NCBI GenBank assembly: GCA_963674755.2
Contig: CAXXVS010000002.1
Span: 64,001-128,000, forward strand
Direction: 5' to 3'
Length of the DNA: 64,000 nucleotides
DNA from: Desulfobacterales bacterium
GTDB lineage: Bacteria; Desulfobacterota; Desulfobacteria; Desulfobacterales; UBA5852
Below, in pieces: positions 40,387-50,036 of this stretch. Positions within the stretch are counted from its first letter, which is position 1. Each line of letters opens with the position of its first letter. The translations under genes and the position numbers were made by a program. Under the pieces are notes generated by a model. The model was not told the DNA's origin, did no database searches, and saw only the letters and a program-made list of their open reading frames with translations.

Positions 40387-41685
40387 ATGCGATACCCTCC
40401 CTTTATCGAGACGGACATCGATTTTCCGCCCTTTTGGCACATCCGAATGAACCCCGAAGCGCCGCGCATCGACGATGTAACGGCCGCCACGGCCCGCACC
40501 GTGGACCGGGCCGTATCCGAGAGCCCCATCCGTTCCGGGGATTCGGTGGCGCTGGCCGTGGGCAGCCGCGGCATGGCCAATCTCCCGCAGATGGTGCGCA
40601 CCTTTTGCCGGCGATTGCAGGCGGCCGGGGCGCACCCCTTTATCGTGCCGGCCATGGGCAGCCACGGCGGCGCCACGGCCGAGGGCCAGACGGCCCTGCT
40701 GGCACGCCTGGGGGTGACGGAGGACGTCTGTGGGGTTCCGCTGCGTGCCTCCATGGAGGCGGTCCGTATCGCCACCGTATTCGATGAGGTGCCGGTATTC
40801 CTGGCCCGGGAGATCCTGGCGGCGGACCATGCCGTCTGCCTCAACCGGGTCAAGCCCCACACCAAGTTCAAGGGGACCCTGGAAAGCGGGCTGGCCAAGA
40901 TGCTTTGTGTGGGCATGGGCAAGCACGCCGGGGCCCTGGCCTACCATCGTTGGGCCCTGCGTTACGGCTTCTTCCCCCTGTTGCAGGAAATGGCCAGGGC
41001 TATCTTGAGCCACAGTCCCTTCCGTTTCGGCCTGGCGGTGGTGGAAAGCGCGCGGGACGAAACCAGCCTGATCGAGGCGGTGGCAGCCGACGAACTGCTG
41101 GAACGGGAGCCGGTTCTGCTCGCCAAGGCCAAAGCGCAGTTTCCCCGCCTGCCGTTTACTGAAATGGATGTACTGGCGGTGGAGACCATCGGCAAGGAAA
41201 TCAGCGGTGCCGGTATGGATCCCAACGTGACCGGGCGGGCTTTCGATCTGATGGAAAGCGACTTCTCCGCAGCACTGAAGGCTACCCGGGTGGCCGTGTT
41301 GAACCTGTCTTCCCGAACAGGCGGCAATGCCATCGGCCTGGGCAACGCCGACATCATCACCGAGAAGGTCTTCCGGGCCATGGACTACGAGGCCACCCTG
41401 ATGAACGCCCTGACCAGTCTCTCCCTCCACAAGGCCTTTATCCCGGTGCGGCTGCCCAGCGACCGCAAAGCCCTCCAGGCCTGCTTCACCACCCTCGGCC
41501 CGACGCCCCTAGAGTTGATCCGCGCGGCCATCGTCCGCGACACCCGACATGTTCAGGAATTCCTGGCCACGGCGCCCCTGGGAGAGGAATTGGCCGGTCG
41601 CTCAGATGTCGAGGTGCTTTCCAGGGATGCCCTGATATTCAATGGGGAAGATAATTTGCGATGCCCCTGGGAGCGTGGAGCCTGA
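40387..41685 (+). CDS. LarA_N/DUF362-like (lactate-racemase-domain) protein
   Basis: VALAVGSRG, PAMGSHGGATAEGQ, NRVKPHT, ESGLAKM..GMGK and GKEISGAGMDPN motifs; start MRYPP follows the repeat. Confidence 0.75.
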   Translation: MRYPPFIETDIDFPPFWHIRMNPEAPRIDDVTAATARTVDRAVSESPIRSGDSVALAVGSRGMANLPQMVRTFCRRLQAAGAHPFIVPAMGSHGGATAEGQTALLARLGVTEDVCGVPLRASMEAVRIATVFDEVPVFLAREILAADHAVCLNRVKPHTKFKGTLESGLAKMLCVGMGKHAGALAYHRWALRYGFFPLLQEMARAILSHSPFRFGLAVVESARDETSLIEAVAADELLEREPVLLAKAKAQFPRLPFTEMDVLAVETIGKEISGAGMDPNVTGRAFDLMESDFSAALKATRVAVLNLSSRTGGNAIGLGNADIITEKVFRAMDYEATLMNALTSLSLHKAFIPVRLPSDRKALQACFTTLGPTPLELIRAAIVRDTRHVQEFLATAPLGEELAGRSDVEVLSRDALIFNGEDNLRCPWERGA

Positions 41686-41735
41686 TCCATTTTCCCTGGC
41701 GTCGGCTGTCTGATAGCTGCTCTGCAGCTCGCCTA

Positions 41736-42259
41736 TTACCTGAAAATGACGAACGGCATGTAGCGTACCGGCAGGGCGAAGAGAATGGGTTTCGCCCTCC
41801 GGATCCAGGGCGCGTTACGGCCGAAGACCGATCCCAATAGGGCGGCGACGGCCAGGAATTGGGCCACGAGCTGCATCAGCATGCCGGTGGAGGCGATCAG
41901 GCTGCGTAGGTCTGGAAGCCCGGGCCGAACCGGCGGCCCAGATACTGGGCCACGGTCACGGATCCGCTCTCCCGCAGGGCCCGGGAGAAGACCAGGGCCA
42001 GGACGAGACAGGCCAGGCCGCTGCCCAGGGTGAAGTGCCAGGCGGCGAAGCTGAAAAGATAGGCCATTTGAACGGTGCCCACGGTGGATGCCCCGCCCTC
42101 CAGGGTGCCGATGATGATCCAGGCCACATCGGTGGCCGTCGCCCGCCGCCCGGAAAGCGCAAAGTCGGCGCCCCTGGCCGGCGCCCCTCCGGAGCGCAGG
42201 GTAAAGACCGGAACCGCAATGAACGCCGCAAAGAAAACGAGATAGTAGATCGTCGCCAT
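41736..42259 (-). pseudogene. Frameshifted, truncated sodium:solute symporter
   Basis: N-terminus DFALSGR..IIGTLEGGASTVG..TVAQYLGRRFG. After a frameshift near 41900 it continues SLIASTGMLMQLVAQFLA and stops at 41736, about a third of normal length. Confidence 0.75.
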
Positions 42260-42710
42260 GATCTCCCCACTTGTAGTTTCACCCCTGTGTTTGTGCTGTA
42301 AAAACCGGAATCCTTGACCCCCCGCGTTTTCCCCAGGTGCCTATAGACGATTCTGTTCCGGAGGCCAACATTTTCATGCACCGGGCGGCCGTCCTCCTTT
42401 GATCAGGTCCGCCGCGGGGGCGGGGCGTGCGCCACGGCGCTTGTCCACGGGGCGGGAACGTCCTCCTCAGGCGGCGGACGGGCAGCGCGGGGCAGCCGCC
42501 GGCCTACCCGGCACTGGGGGAACCTGCGACGTGGGAGGGGTTGTCAACGTTCTTGTCAGGCGAGACTACCCGATAGGCATCCATCGGAGAGGGTGGCCGT
42601 GAACGTACTGAAACGACATCAACTTTTTTTGGCGATCAACGGCATGACTATTGCTCTTCCGCAGGGGGATTGCATTTCCACAAGGGATACCGATAACAAA
42701 AAGGGGTGTC

Positions 42711-43217
42711 ATGCTGCAAAAGGGGGTCATCGGATTGATCTGCATCTTGGCGGGGGTGATCGGGTATCTGGTCTTCGGCGGGATCGGTTTGGCGGTGGGG
42801 CCCCTTACAGGTCTTGTTACCGTGGCCGATTGCTATCTGAGGAAACGGCAGCATTGCTCCCGGTCCGCCGGCCCGGCCTGCTTTCGCCTATGGCGCAGGG
42901 AACCGCATCGGGCGGCAAGACGGAACAGGGCCCGCCTGGAGGCCCTTCTGGCAAAGGCCCATCGGCTGGCGGACACCTTCCACGATGCGTACGGGGCCCG
43001 CAACTGCTGCCTGGACATTATCCGCCAGACCGACAAGGAAGATCCGTTGTTTATCGCAGCTTACGAGCTCTTTATGAGTACAGTCATCCGACGGGCGGAC
43101 AAACCGGCGCCATCGACCGACCAGCCCGTTTCAAACCGGCGCCGGCTAGGGCCCCAAACCAACCACCGGAACGATGCCCAAGTGATTCGATTTCCCCATC
43201 ACGTTTCCCGCCAATGA
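42711..43217 (+). CDS. Hypothetical protein with an N-terminal hydrophobic hairpin
   Basis: aaggggt SD before the ATG; hydrophobic first 40 aa. Confidence 0.5.
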   Translation: MLQKGVIGLICILAGVIGYLVFGGIGLAVGPLTGLVTVADCYLRKRQHCSRSAGPACFRLWRREPHRAARRNRARLEALLAKAHRLADTFHDAYGARNCCLDIIRQTDKEDPLFIAAYELFMSTVIRRADKPAPSTDQPVSNRRRLGPQTNHRNDAQVIRFPHHVSRQ

Positions 43218-43266
43218 TTCCGATGGCGGCCGCCGGGCGCTCCCCCTGTCGCGGCCCAGCCCTCTT

Positions 43267-44055
43267 CTAATCGTCCTTTTTTATAAAGCGGTAGATGGCC
43301 TCGTCCTCGTGGGAGAGAGGTGCGCCGCGATCATAGAGTTTGTCCAGGAAATAGTGATAAAAATCGTGGCGCAGGCTGTCCCGGTTGGCGATGACGAACC
43401 AGCGGTTGCGGGTCCAGATAACGGGGGAGATCGCCTCCTGACCGGTTTCAAAATTACCCACCAGCGCTTCGGCACGGTCCACGATGATATCGATGGATTC
43501 CCCGCCCAGTTTGTCCCGCAGTGAGCCTGCTTCAGGATGGGTGACCTGGATGTCGCAAATGGCCGGTATGGCGCCCATGCCAATCAGCCGGATACCCACC
43601 CCCCGTTCGATGGCGTGGCGGATTTCCTTTTCCAGCCGTTTCCAGGTTCCCGGAAAGAGGCGCAGATAGATTTCCTGCCGGGCCGCATCGATAATATCGC
43701 GTGCCTTGTGGATGGCTTCCCGTCGTCCGCGGATGGTCAGCAGATAATCATAGTCCGTATCAGGATCGAGCTGTGCCACCTGTTTTTCGAGCAGGCTCAG
43801 GTTGGCTTCGAACTGGCCCTGCAGGCGCTTTTTGAGTTCTTCGAAGGGGAGGGGTACGAAAAGCCCTTTTTCGATTTCGAAGACTACGCCTTTGCGGGTC
43901 AGACCCCGCAGGACGTCGTAGATCCGGGAGCGCGCGATCCCGGATAATTTGCTGAGTTGGGAGCCGTTGCAGGGGTGTTGGCGCAGCAGGGCGAGGTAGC
44001 AGGAGGACTCGTATTTCGAGAACGCGAAATCCTGCAGTAGGCTGGTAATGTCCAT
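43267..44055 (-). CDS. TrmB-family transcriptional regulator
   Basis: FSKYESSCYLALL..GSQLSKLSGIARSRIYDVL..KG helix-turn-helix; IIDAARQEI. Confidence 0.88.
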   Translation of the reverse strand: MDITSLLQDFAFSKYESSCYLALLRQHPCNGSQLSKLSGIARSRIYDVLRGLTRKGVVFEIEKGLFVPLPFEELKKRLQGQFEANLSLLEKQVAQLDPDTDYDYLLTIRGRREAIHKARDIIDAARQEIYLRLFPGTWKRLEKEIRHAIERGVGIRLIGMGAIPAICDIQVTHPEAGSLRDKLGGESIDIIVDRAEALVGNFETGQEAISPVIWTRNRWFVIANRDSLRHDFYHYFLDKLYDRGAPLSHEDEAIYRFIKKDD

Positions 44056-44068
44056 GGCGGATTCCTAA

Positions 44069-44210
44069 TAAGCTATCTCAAAAAAGTCTTTTCGCTCGAT
44101 ATCTGCGTTGATGCCTCGTTTCAAGCCCTCGCCATACTTGAGTATGCCTGCGGGTTGAATCTCTGCCTCGCCTTGATCTCAAGCGAAAATCCTAATTTTG
44201 AGATGGCTTA
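44069..44210. repeat. MITE-like element, family C
   Basis: 15-nt inverted ends taagctatctcaaaa / ttttgagatggctta; internal hairpin catac-ttga-gtatg. Confidence 0.8.
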
Positions 44211-44216
44211 TAGTAA

Positions 44217-44430
44217 GTGTCCATCTATAAACGGCATCTTTTGGCCCCGGCCGGCGTTCTCACTCTTTGGGAATCCTCGCCGTAGCCGGGCTACGCAACG
44301 CTATCGCTCATACGGCTACGCCGTCGGTTTCCACCCACAACGGGGTTGGATCGGACGGGAAGTCCAGCAGCGCTGGACAAATCGCTGCGGCCTTGGCCGG
44401 AACCGAAATCTACCATTTATGGACGGACAC
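44217..44430. repeat. MITE/REPIN-like element, family A, copy 5 (followed by another degenerate element to about 44600)
   Basis: gtgtccatctataaa...tttatggacggacac; core cgtagccgggctacg. Confidence 0.82.
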
Positions 44431-44714
44431 CAATATGGTTGCCCATCCATAAAAGGCCAATTTGCCCGATATCGGCATTACGCGTATCGCTCGTCCCAGC
44501 GGCTTACGGTAATCAGGCGTTCTTCAGGTCCCGTTTAAGCCGTATCCCTCAGGATTCGCCAGCCTTGATCTCAAGCATTGTACGAATACGTCTTAAATTT
44601 GAGGTGCTACGGACCCATCAAAAAATAAAGCCAGTAACGGCTTTCTTAGAAAATGGCGGCGGAAAGGTCAATCATGATCGTGGCGGGGGAAGAAAGTCGT
44701 GTTGCCAGAGCCGA

Positions 44715-44768
44715 TTGACAACCTCCGGGAAATGGTGATATTAATGTTGCTACAAAGATAGCAACATT
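44715..44768 (+). promoter_or_regulatory. sigma70 promoter and palindromic operator upstream of rocD
   Basis: TTGACA at 44715, -10-like GATATT at 44737, then aatgttgcta-N6-tagcaacatt (44743-44768, perfect 10-bp arms). Confidence 0.65.
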
Positions 44769-44787
44769 ATTGCCCAAGGAGGCCGCC

Positions 44788-46074
44788 ATGTTGTCCACCC
44801 TGCATGCCATAAACACACCGCCGGTTTTCGGTTTTTCCAATGTGCCCGATGATGCGATCCGCCGGCTGGAGACCCAATACGGGGCGCACCATTACGAACG
44901 CCTTGATGTGGTGGTGCGGCAGGCCCGCGGGAGCTGGATCACGGACGTCAACGGCAAGCGCTACCTGGACTGCCTGGCTGCTTACTCCGCGGCCAATCCC
45001 GGTCACCATCACCCCAAGATCGTCAATGCCCTGGTAAAGGCCCTGCTGGGGGATTATGCCGCGGTCATTTCAAACGTGGTCTATACCGATCCCCTGGGGC
45101 TGTTTCTGTCCCGTATGGCGGAATTCGTGCCGCCGCTGGGGCGGCGCTTCGGGGAAGCCGGCAACAAAGTCCTGCCCAAGAACGGCGGTGTCGAATCGGT
45201 GGAAACCGCCATCAAGATGGCCCGTTTCTACGGCTGGAAGGCCAAGGGAATTCCGGACGGCAAGCAGGAGATCATCGTTTTTAACAACAACTTCCACGGC
45301 CGCATGATCACGGTGGTGTCCTTTTCCACCACCGAGAAATACCGCCGCGGGTTCGGCCCGCTGACCCCGGGGTTCGTGTCGGTGCCCTTCGGCAACCTGG
45401 ATGCCGTGGCGGCGGCCGTCAACCAAAACACCTGCGGCATCCTGGTGGAGCCCATGCAGGGTGAAGGGGGCATGCAGGTACCGCCCCCCGGTTTCCTCAA
45501 GGGGCTGCGGGAGATTGCCGACCATCACGATCTATTGCTGCTGTGCGACGAGATTCAGGTGGGATTGGGACGCACCGGCAAACGCTTCTGCTTCGAGCAC
45601 GAAAACGTGGTCCCTGACGGTCTCGTCCTGGGCAAGGCCCTCTCCGGCGGCCTGGTGCCGCTTTCCGTGTTCGTTACCAATGCCAAGCTGATGGATATGG
45701 CTTTCAACGTGGGCTCTGACGGGTCCACCTTCGGCGGCTATCCCCTGGCCTGCGTGGCCGGCCTGGCGGGCCTGGAAGTGGTGGAAGAAGAGAAACTGGC
45801 GGAAGCTTCGGCGCGCCAGGGCGCCCGGCTCAAGGCGGCCCTTCAAGCGTTGGCTGAGCGCTCGCCCCACGTGAAAGAGGTGCGCGGCCAGGGCCTGTTC
45901 ATCGGCATCGAAGTCAAAGAACGCAACGCCATGGACTTCTGCCACAAACTGGTCGAGCTGGGCCTCATCATCAACGACAGCCACGGCCACACCATCCGCG
46001 TATCCCCGCCCCTCAACATCAGCGATGAAGATGCGGATCTGCTGGTGGACCGGCTGCGGCAGGTGCTGTGCTGA
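44788..46074 (+). CDS. rocD: Class-III aminotransferase, ornithine aminotransferase-like
   Basis: YGAHHY, YLDCLAAYSAANPGH, NFHGR, EPMQGEGG, DEIQVGLGRTG, LGKALSGG, GSTFGG. Confidence 0.85.
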   Translation: MLSTLHAINTPPVFGFSNVPDDAIRRLETQYGAHHYERLDVVVRQARGSWITDVNGKRYLDCLAAYSAANPGHHHPKIVNALVKALLGDYAAVISNVVYTDPLGLFLSRMAEFVPPLGRRFGEAGNKVLPKNGGVESVETAIKMARFYGWKAKGIPDGKQEIIVFNNNFHGRMITVVSFSTTEKYRRGFGPLTPGFVSVPFGNLDAVAAAVNQNTCGILVEPMQGEGGMQVPPPGFLKGLREIADHHDLLLLCDEIQVGLGRTGKRFCFEHENVVPDGLVLGKALSGGLVPLSVFVTNAKLMDMAFNVGSDGSTFGGYPLACVAGLAGLEVVEEEKLAEASARQGARLKAALQALAERSPHVKEVRGQGLFIGIEVKERNAMDFCHKLVELGLIINDSHGHTIRVSPPLNISDEDADLLVDRLRQVLC

Positions 46075-46149
46075 TGCCGGCGCATCTTTCCCCCAACCAA
46101 TAAGGACCGAACGGTCATATTATAAATGCTCCCGCGCCATCGGGAGCAT

Positions 46150-47883
46150 TTATCTTTTGATGATCCGCGGCAGGATCATCTGGTGCTGGGGGCAGATGGA
46201 TTTCGGGTTCTGGTAAGCGGCACCGGCGAAGGCCGTCAGGTAGCGGCGCAGATCCTTGAGGGCCACGATCTCATCCACCAGGCCGGTGCGGGCGCAGAAC
46301 AGGGGCCGCGATTTGTCGTGGTAATCCCGGGCCAGGGCGTTCATCTTTTCCACCACCGGCTCCAGGGGGCGTCCGGCTTCCTTTTCCTTCACCAAGCGGC
46401 GGGCGTAGGTGGCCACGGCTGCGGTTTCCCCGTGCATGACATAGATTTCCGTGGCCACGGTTCCCAGGGTGAAGGCGTTGTGGCGATTGGCCGTGGGACC
46501 GCCCAGGACATAGTGGGCCGCGGCCGTGCCCTTGCGCAGGACCACGAGCATCATGGGGATGTCGGTCTGCTGGATGGAGTAGATCAGGGACTGGCCCAAC
46601 CCTAATAGCTCGGCTTTTTCGGCGGCATCGCCCACATCGATCCCGGTGGTGTCCTGAAACCAGACGATGGGGATACGGTCCCGGCCACAGAGGGTGACAA
46701 ATTCGTTCATCTTGATGAGGCCCTGGCGGTAGAGCTTGCCGCCGAAGCCGGGAGTGTCGGCGTATTCCGGATAGTCTTTGCCGAGATAACCCTGGCGGTT
46801 GCCGATGCAGGCCACCAGGAAGCCGTCCAGCTTGCACAGCCCGGTGTACATTTCAGGGCCGTAGTCCGGCCGGAACTCCATGTGCTCGCCCCCGTCCACC
46901 AGGCGGGCCAGGATCTGCTCGAATTCGTAGACCCGCTTGGGCTCCAGGGGGAGCAAGCTGTAGAGATCTTCCTGGGGGAAGCCGGGCTCCCGGGGCGGGG
47001 CTACCCGGAAGAATTTGGGATGATAGGAGGGAATCGCCTTCATGTAGTCCTTGAGCCCATCGAGGACGCCCTGCTCCTCCTCGAAGACATAGCGGAAGAA
47101 GCCTGTCTCGTCGTAGTGGGTGGCCACCGTGCCGGGGGGCTGGGCCTTGAAGTGCTTGGCCTTTTCGATAAGGCCTTCGGCCATCTCCAGGTCGAAATGG
47201 CCCCTGGGGGCCATGCCGCTCACGATGCCGGCTCCGCCCACGGCGATATTGCAGTCCTTGTGGGCGAAGAGAATGGTGGGGCTGATGCTCTGGTAGCCGC
47301 CCCCGGCCGGATTGGTGCCGTAGATGCCCGCCAGCACGGGAATGCCCATCTGCTCCAGTTCGGCATGACGGAAAAAGGGCGTGCCGGCGCCCCGGCGGTT
47401 GGCGTAGAATTTCTCTTGCTCGGTGAGTTTGGCGCCGCTGCAGTTGACCAGCCAGACCAGGGGGATGTTCAGTCGTTTGGCCAGATCGGTGACCCGCAGG
47501 ATGTTTTCGGACTGGCCCGGCAGCCAGGCCCCGGCCATGACCTTGTTGTCGAAGCCGATGATGACTGCCCATTTGCCGGCGATGCAGCCCAGACCGTCGA
47601 TGACGTTGGTGGTGCCTTCCGTGTTGTCCAGGGGGTTGTAGAGGATGTGCAGCGGGCACCAGGACCCCGGATCCACCAGGTAGTCCAGGCGCTGCCAGAC
47701 GGTCATCTGCCCGCGGGCATTAATTTTTTCGGTGGGGAAACCGGCCGCTTTGACCGTTTCCACCTGGGCCTGAATTTCGGCCTCGGCCGCCTCCAGCGCG
47801 GCGCGGTTTTTAGCCGTCTGCTTGAGCTGGCCCGGTTTCAGGGCCTTGCCGATTTCCGTCATCTTTTCAAAATACGGTCGCAT
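46150..47883 (-). CDS. gcdA: Glutaconyl-CoA decarboxylase carboxyltransferase (alpha) subunit
   Basis: AGAWLPGQ, GTNPAGGGY, GGKLYRQGL, QDTTGIDVG and KGTAAAHYVLGGP motifs; operon context. Confidence 0.9.
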   Translation of the reverse strand: MRPYFEKMTEIGKALKPGQLKQTAKNRAALEAAEAEIQAQVETVKAAGFPTEKINARGQMTVWQRLDYLVDPGSWCPLHILYNPLDNTEGTTNVIDGLGCIAGKWAVIIGFDNKVMAGAWLPGQSENILRVTDLAKRLNIPLVWLVNCSGAKLTEQEKFYANRRGAGTPFFRHAELEQMGIPVLAGIYGTNPAGGGYQSISPTILFAHKDCNIAVGGAGIVSGMAPRGHFDLEMAEGLIEKAKHFKAQPPGTVATHYDETGFFRYVFEEEQGVLDGLKDYMKAIPSYHPKFFRVAPPREPGFPQEDLYSLLPLEPKRVYEFEQILARLVDGGEHMEFRPDYGPEMYTGLCKLDGFLVACIGNRQGYLGKDYPEYADTPGFGGKLYRQGLIKMNEFVTLCGRDRIPIVWFQDTTGIDVGDAAEKAELLGLGQSLIYSIQQTDIPMMLVVLRKGTAAAHYVLGGPTANRHNAFTLGTVATEIYVMHGETAAVATYARRLVKEKEAGRPLEPVVEKMNALARDYHDKSRPLFCARTGLVDEIVALKDLRRYLTAFAGAAYQNPKSICPQHQMILPRIIKR

Positions 47884-47956
47884 GAACTCCCCCCCTCTTG
47901 AATCCCCTAACAGGCAATCGGATGAAATACTGCTGGCATTGACAGGTGTGCGATGA

Positions 47957-48175
47957 TCAGGTGTCGATGAGGGCCAGAACGTCGTCCTCCTCCACCTCGT
48001 CGCCCTGCTTGACCCGGACTTCCGTAATCGTCCCGCTGACGGGCGCGAATACCGGGGTTTCCATCTTCATGGCCTCGATGACCAGAACCTCTTCGTCTTC
48101 CTCTACGCTTTGGCCAGCCGCCATATTGAGCTGGATGATCTTGCCCGCCAGGGGGGCCAGGATTTCTTCTGCCAT
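47957..48175 (-). CDS. gcdC: Biotin carboxyl carrier subunit
   Basis: APLAGKI...IEAMKMET; 72 aa after a ggagg SD. Confidence 0.92.
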   Translation of the reverse strand: MAEEILAPLAGKIIQLNMAAGQSVEEDEEVLVIEAMKMETPVFAPVSGTITEVRVKQGDEVEEDDVLALIDT

Positions 48176-48266
48176 TGTGCTACCTCCCGAAAATTGCTTG
48201 TGCCTATTGAATGTCAGTCGTTCGGAGAACACCAACCCAATTAAGGGCGAACGGCTTTGCCATTGT

Positions 48267-49385
48267 CTATCCAAGCAGCGTCAAAAATATCCCCGCCGCG
48301 ATCACCGTGCCGATAACGCCGGCCACGTTGGGGCCCATGGCAAACATGAGCAGGTAGTTTTTCTTATCATACTGGGAGCCGACTTTGTGCACCACCCGGG
48401 CGGACATGGGCACGGCCGATACGCCGGCCGCCCCCAGCAAGGGATTGATCTTCTCCCGGCGCGCCAGGTTCATCAGTTTGGCCAGCAGGATACCCGTGGC
48501 CGTGCTGACGATGAAGGCGAACAGCCCGAAGAAGAAGATAAAGAGCGAGCGGGGCTGCAAAAAGGTTTCCGCGTTCATGGTGGCCCCCACCGGCAGCCCC
48601 AGGAAAATCGTGACGATATTGAGCAGTTCGCTCTGGGCCGCCTGGGTCAGGCGCTCCACCACCTTGGCCTCCCGGAAGAGGTTGCCCAGCATGAACATGG
48701 CGATCAAGGGCGCGGCGGCTGGAACCAGCAGGATGATGACCAGGGTGGCCACGATAGGAAAGATGATTTTCTCCAGCTGACTCACCTTGCGGCCCTTTTT
48801 CATCCGGATGGTACGCTCTTTCGAAGTGGTCAGCAACCGCATGACCGGCGGCTGGATGATGGGCACCAGGGCCATGTAGGAATAGGCCGCCACGGCACAG
48901 CTGCCCAGCATGTGGGGCGCCAGTTTGGACGCCAGGAAGATGGTGGTGGGCCCGTCGGCGCCCCCGATAATCCCCATGGTGGCGGCTTCCCTGAGGTCGA
49001 ACCCCATGGCGCTGGCCGCAAAAAAGGTCAGGTAGACTCCGGCCTGGGCCCCGGCGCCCAAAAAGATTAAGACCGGTTTGGACAGCAGGGGGCCGAAGTC
49101 GGTCAGGGCCCCGAGACCCAAAAAGATCAGGGGCGGTATGATTTCCCATTGGATGCCGTAGTGGTAGAAGCGCCACAGGAGCCCCTCGCCAGGTTCCATC
49201 AGGCCGGCCAGGGGTAGATTCGCCAGGAGAATGCCGAAACCGATGGGCAACAGCAGGAGCGGTTCATATTGTTTGGCGATGGCCAGATAGATGAGGACGC
49301 TCGCGATCAGCCACATCAAAAGCATGCCCGGTGTGAGGTGGAACAAGCCTGCCGTTTGAAAGACGGCCAGCATGTCATTTCCCAT
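48267..49385 (-). CDS. gcdB: Na+-translocating decarboxylase beta subunit
   Basis: YEPLLLLPIGFG, IIGGADGPT, GVSAVPM and MGPNVAGVIG motifs. Confidence 0.93.
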   Translation of the reverse strand: MGNDMLAVFQTAGLFHLTPGMLLMWLIASVLIYLAIAKQYEPLLLLPIGFGILLANLPLAGLMEPGEGLLWRFYHYGIQWEIIPPLIFLGLGALTDFGPLLSKPVLIFLGAGAQAGVYLTFFAASAMGFDLREAATMGIIGGADGPTTIFLASKLAPHMLGSCAVAAYSYMALVPIIQPPVMRLLTTSKERTIRMKKGRKVSQLEKIIFPIVATLVIILLVPAAAPLIAMFMLGNLFREAKVVERLTQAAQSELLNIVTIFLGLPVGATMNAETFLQPRSLFIFFFGLFAFIVSTATGILLAKLMNLARREKINPLLGAAGVSAVPMSARVVHKVGSQYDKKNYLLMFAMGPNVAGVIGTVIAAGIFLTLLG

Positions 49386-49509
49386 GGGATTCGCCTTTCG
49401 CGAGAGCCTCAGCCGCCAGGCGGGTCAGGCGGATGGCGACATAGAGCAGGGTCATGCCGATGAAGACCCCTCCCAAACCGGAGGCGAAGATTTGCAGCGC
49501 CGTTTTCAT
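49375..49509 (-). CDS. Small membrane anchor subunit (OadG/GcdD-like, 44 aa)
   Basis: MKTALQIFASGLGGVFIGMTLLYVAIRL, a single TM helix; overlaps both neighbours. Confidence 0.75.
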   Translation of the reverse strand: MKTALQIFASGLGGVFIGMTLLYVAIRLTRLAAEALAKGESHGK

Positions 49510-49925
49510 TTTTTCTCTCCACCCACCGCCGTCTGTGAGTCCAGCGGCCAGGCCCTCTTTTCCTCCAGTACGGCGCGCAGCACCTTCAACGCCTGGTTGG
49601 TCGCCGGAACACCGCCGTAAATCGCCGTCTGGAAGATCGTTTCGGCAATGTCCCCCACGGCGCAGCCCACATTCAAAGCGGCCTGGATGTGGAGCTTCAG
49701 TTCCTCGGATTTCCCCAGCACTGTCAGGGCCGCCACCGTTACGAGCTGGCGGGTGGGGTGGGGCAGCTTCTCCCGGGCGTACATCTTGCCCGTGATAAAC
49801 AGGGACAGGTCTTTGGCCAAACCGGGGTCGAAGGCCTTCCACAACTCGAAGGGTTTTTCGTCCTCGACGCCCTCGAAATAAAGGGCTGCCGTGCGTTTGG
49901 TCTTCTCGACAAGGTCATCGCTCAT
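49506..49925 (-). CDS. Carboxymuconolactone decarboxylase (CMD/AhpD) family protein
   Basis: RQLVTVAALTVLG..ELKLHIQAALNVG..ETIFQTAIYGGVP. Confidence 0.88.
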   Translation of the reverse strand: MSDDLVEKTKRTAALYFEGVEDEKPFELWKAFDPGLAKDLSLFITGKMYAREKLPHPTRQLVTVAALTVLGKSEELKLHIQAALNVGCAVGDIAETIFQTAIYGGVPATNQALKVLRAVLEEKRAWPLDSQTAVGGEKK

Positions 49926-50036
49926 GAGTCGATATCCTTTGCAGTGCTGTTTCTATAAAAGGGTGTATGAACCTGATGGTATTCCCATTGAAGTAAAGTC
50001 CTTGTTAAGACTTGTCACTGATGTGCTGAATGTATC

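Noticed and set aside
42260..42710. GC-rich leader upstream of the symporter pseudogene considered as a riboswitch
   Set aside because: No recognisable aptamer consensus by eye; an Rfam search would be needed.
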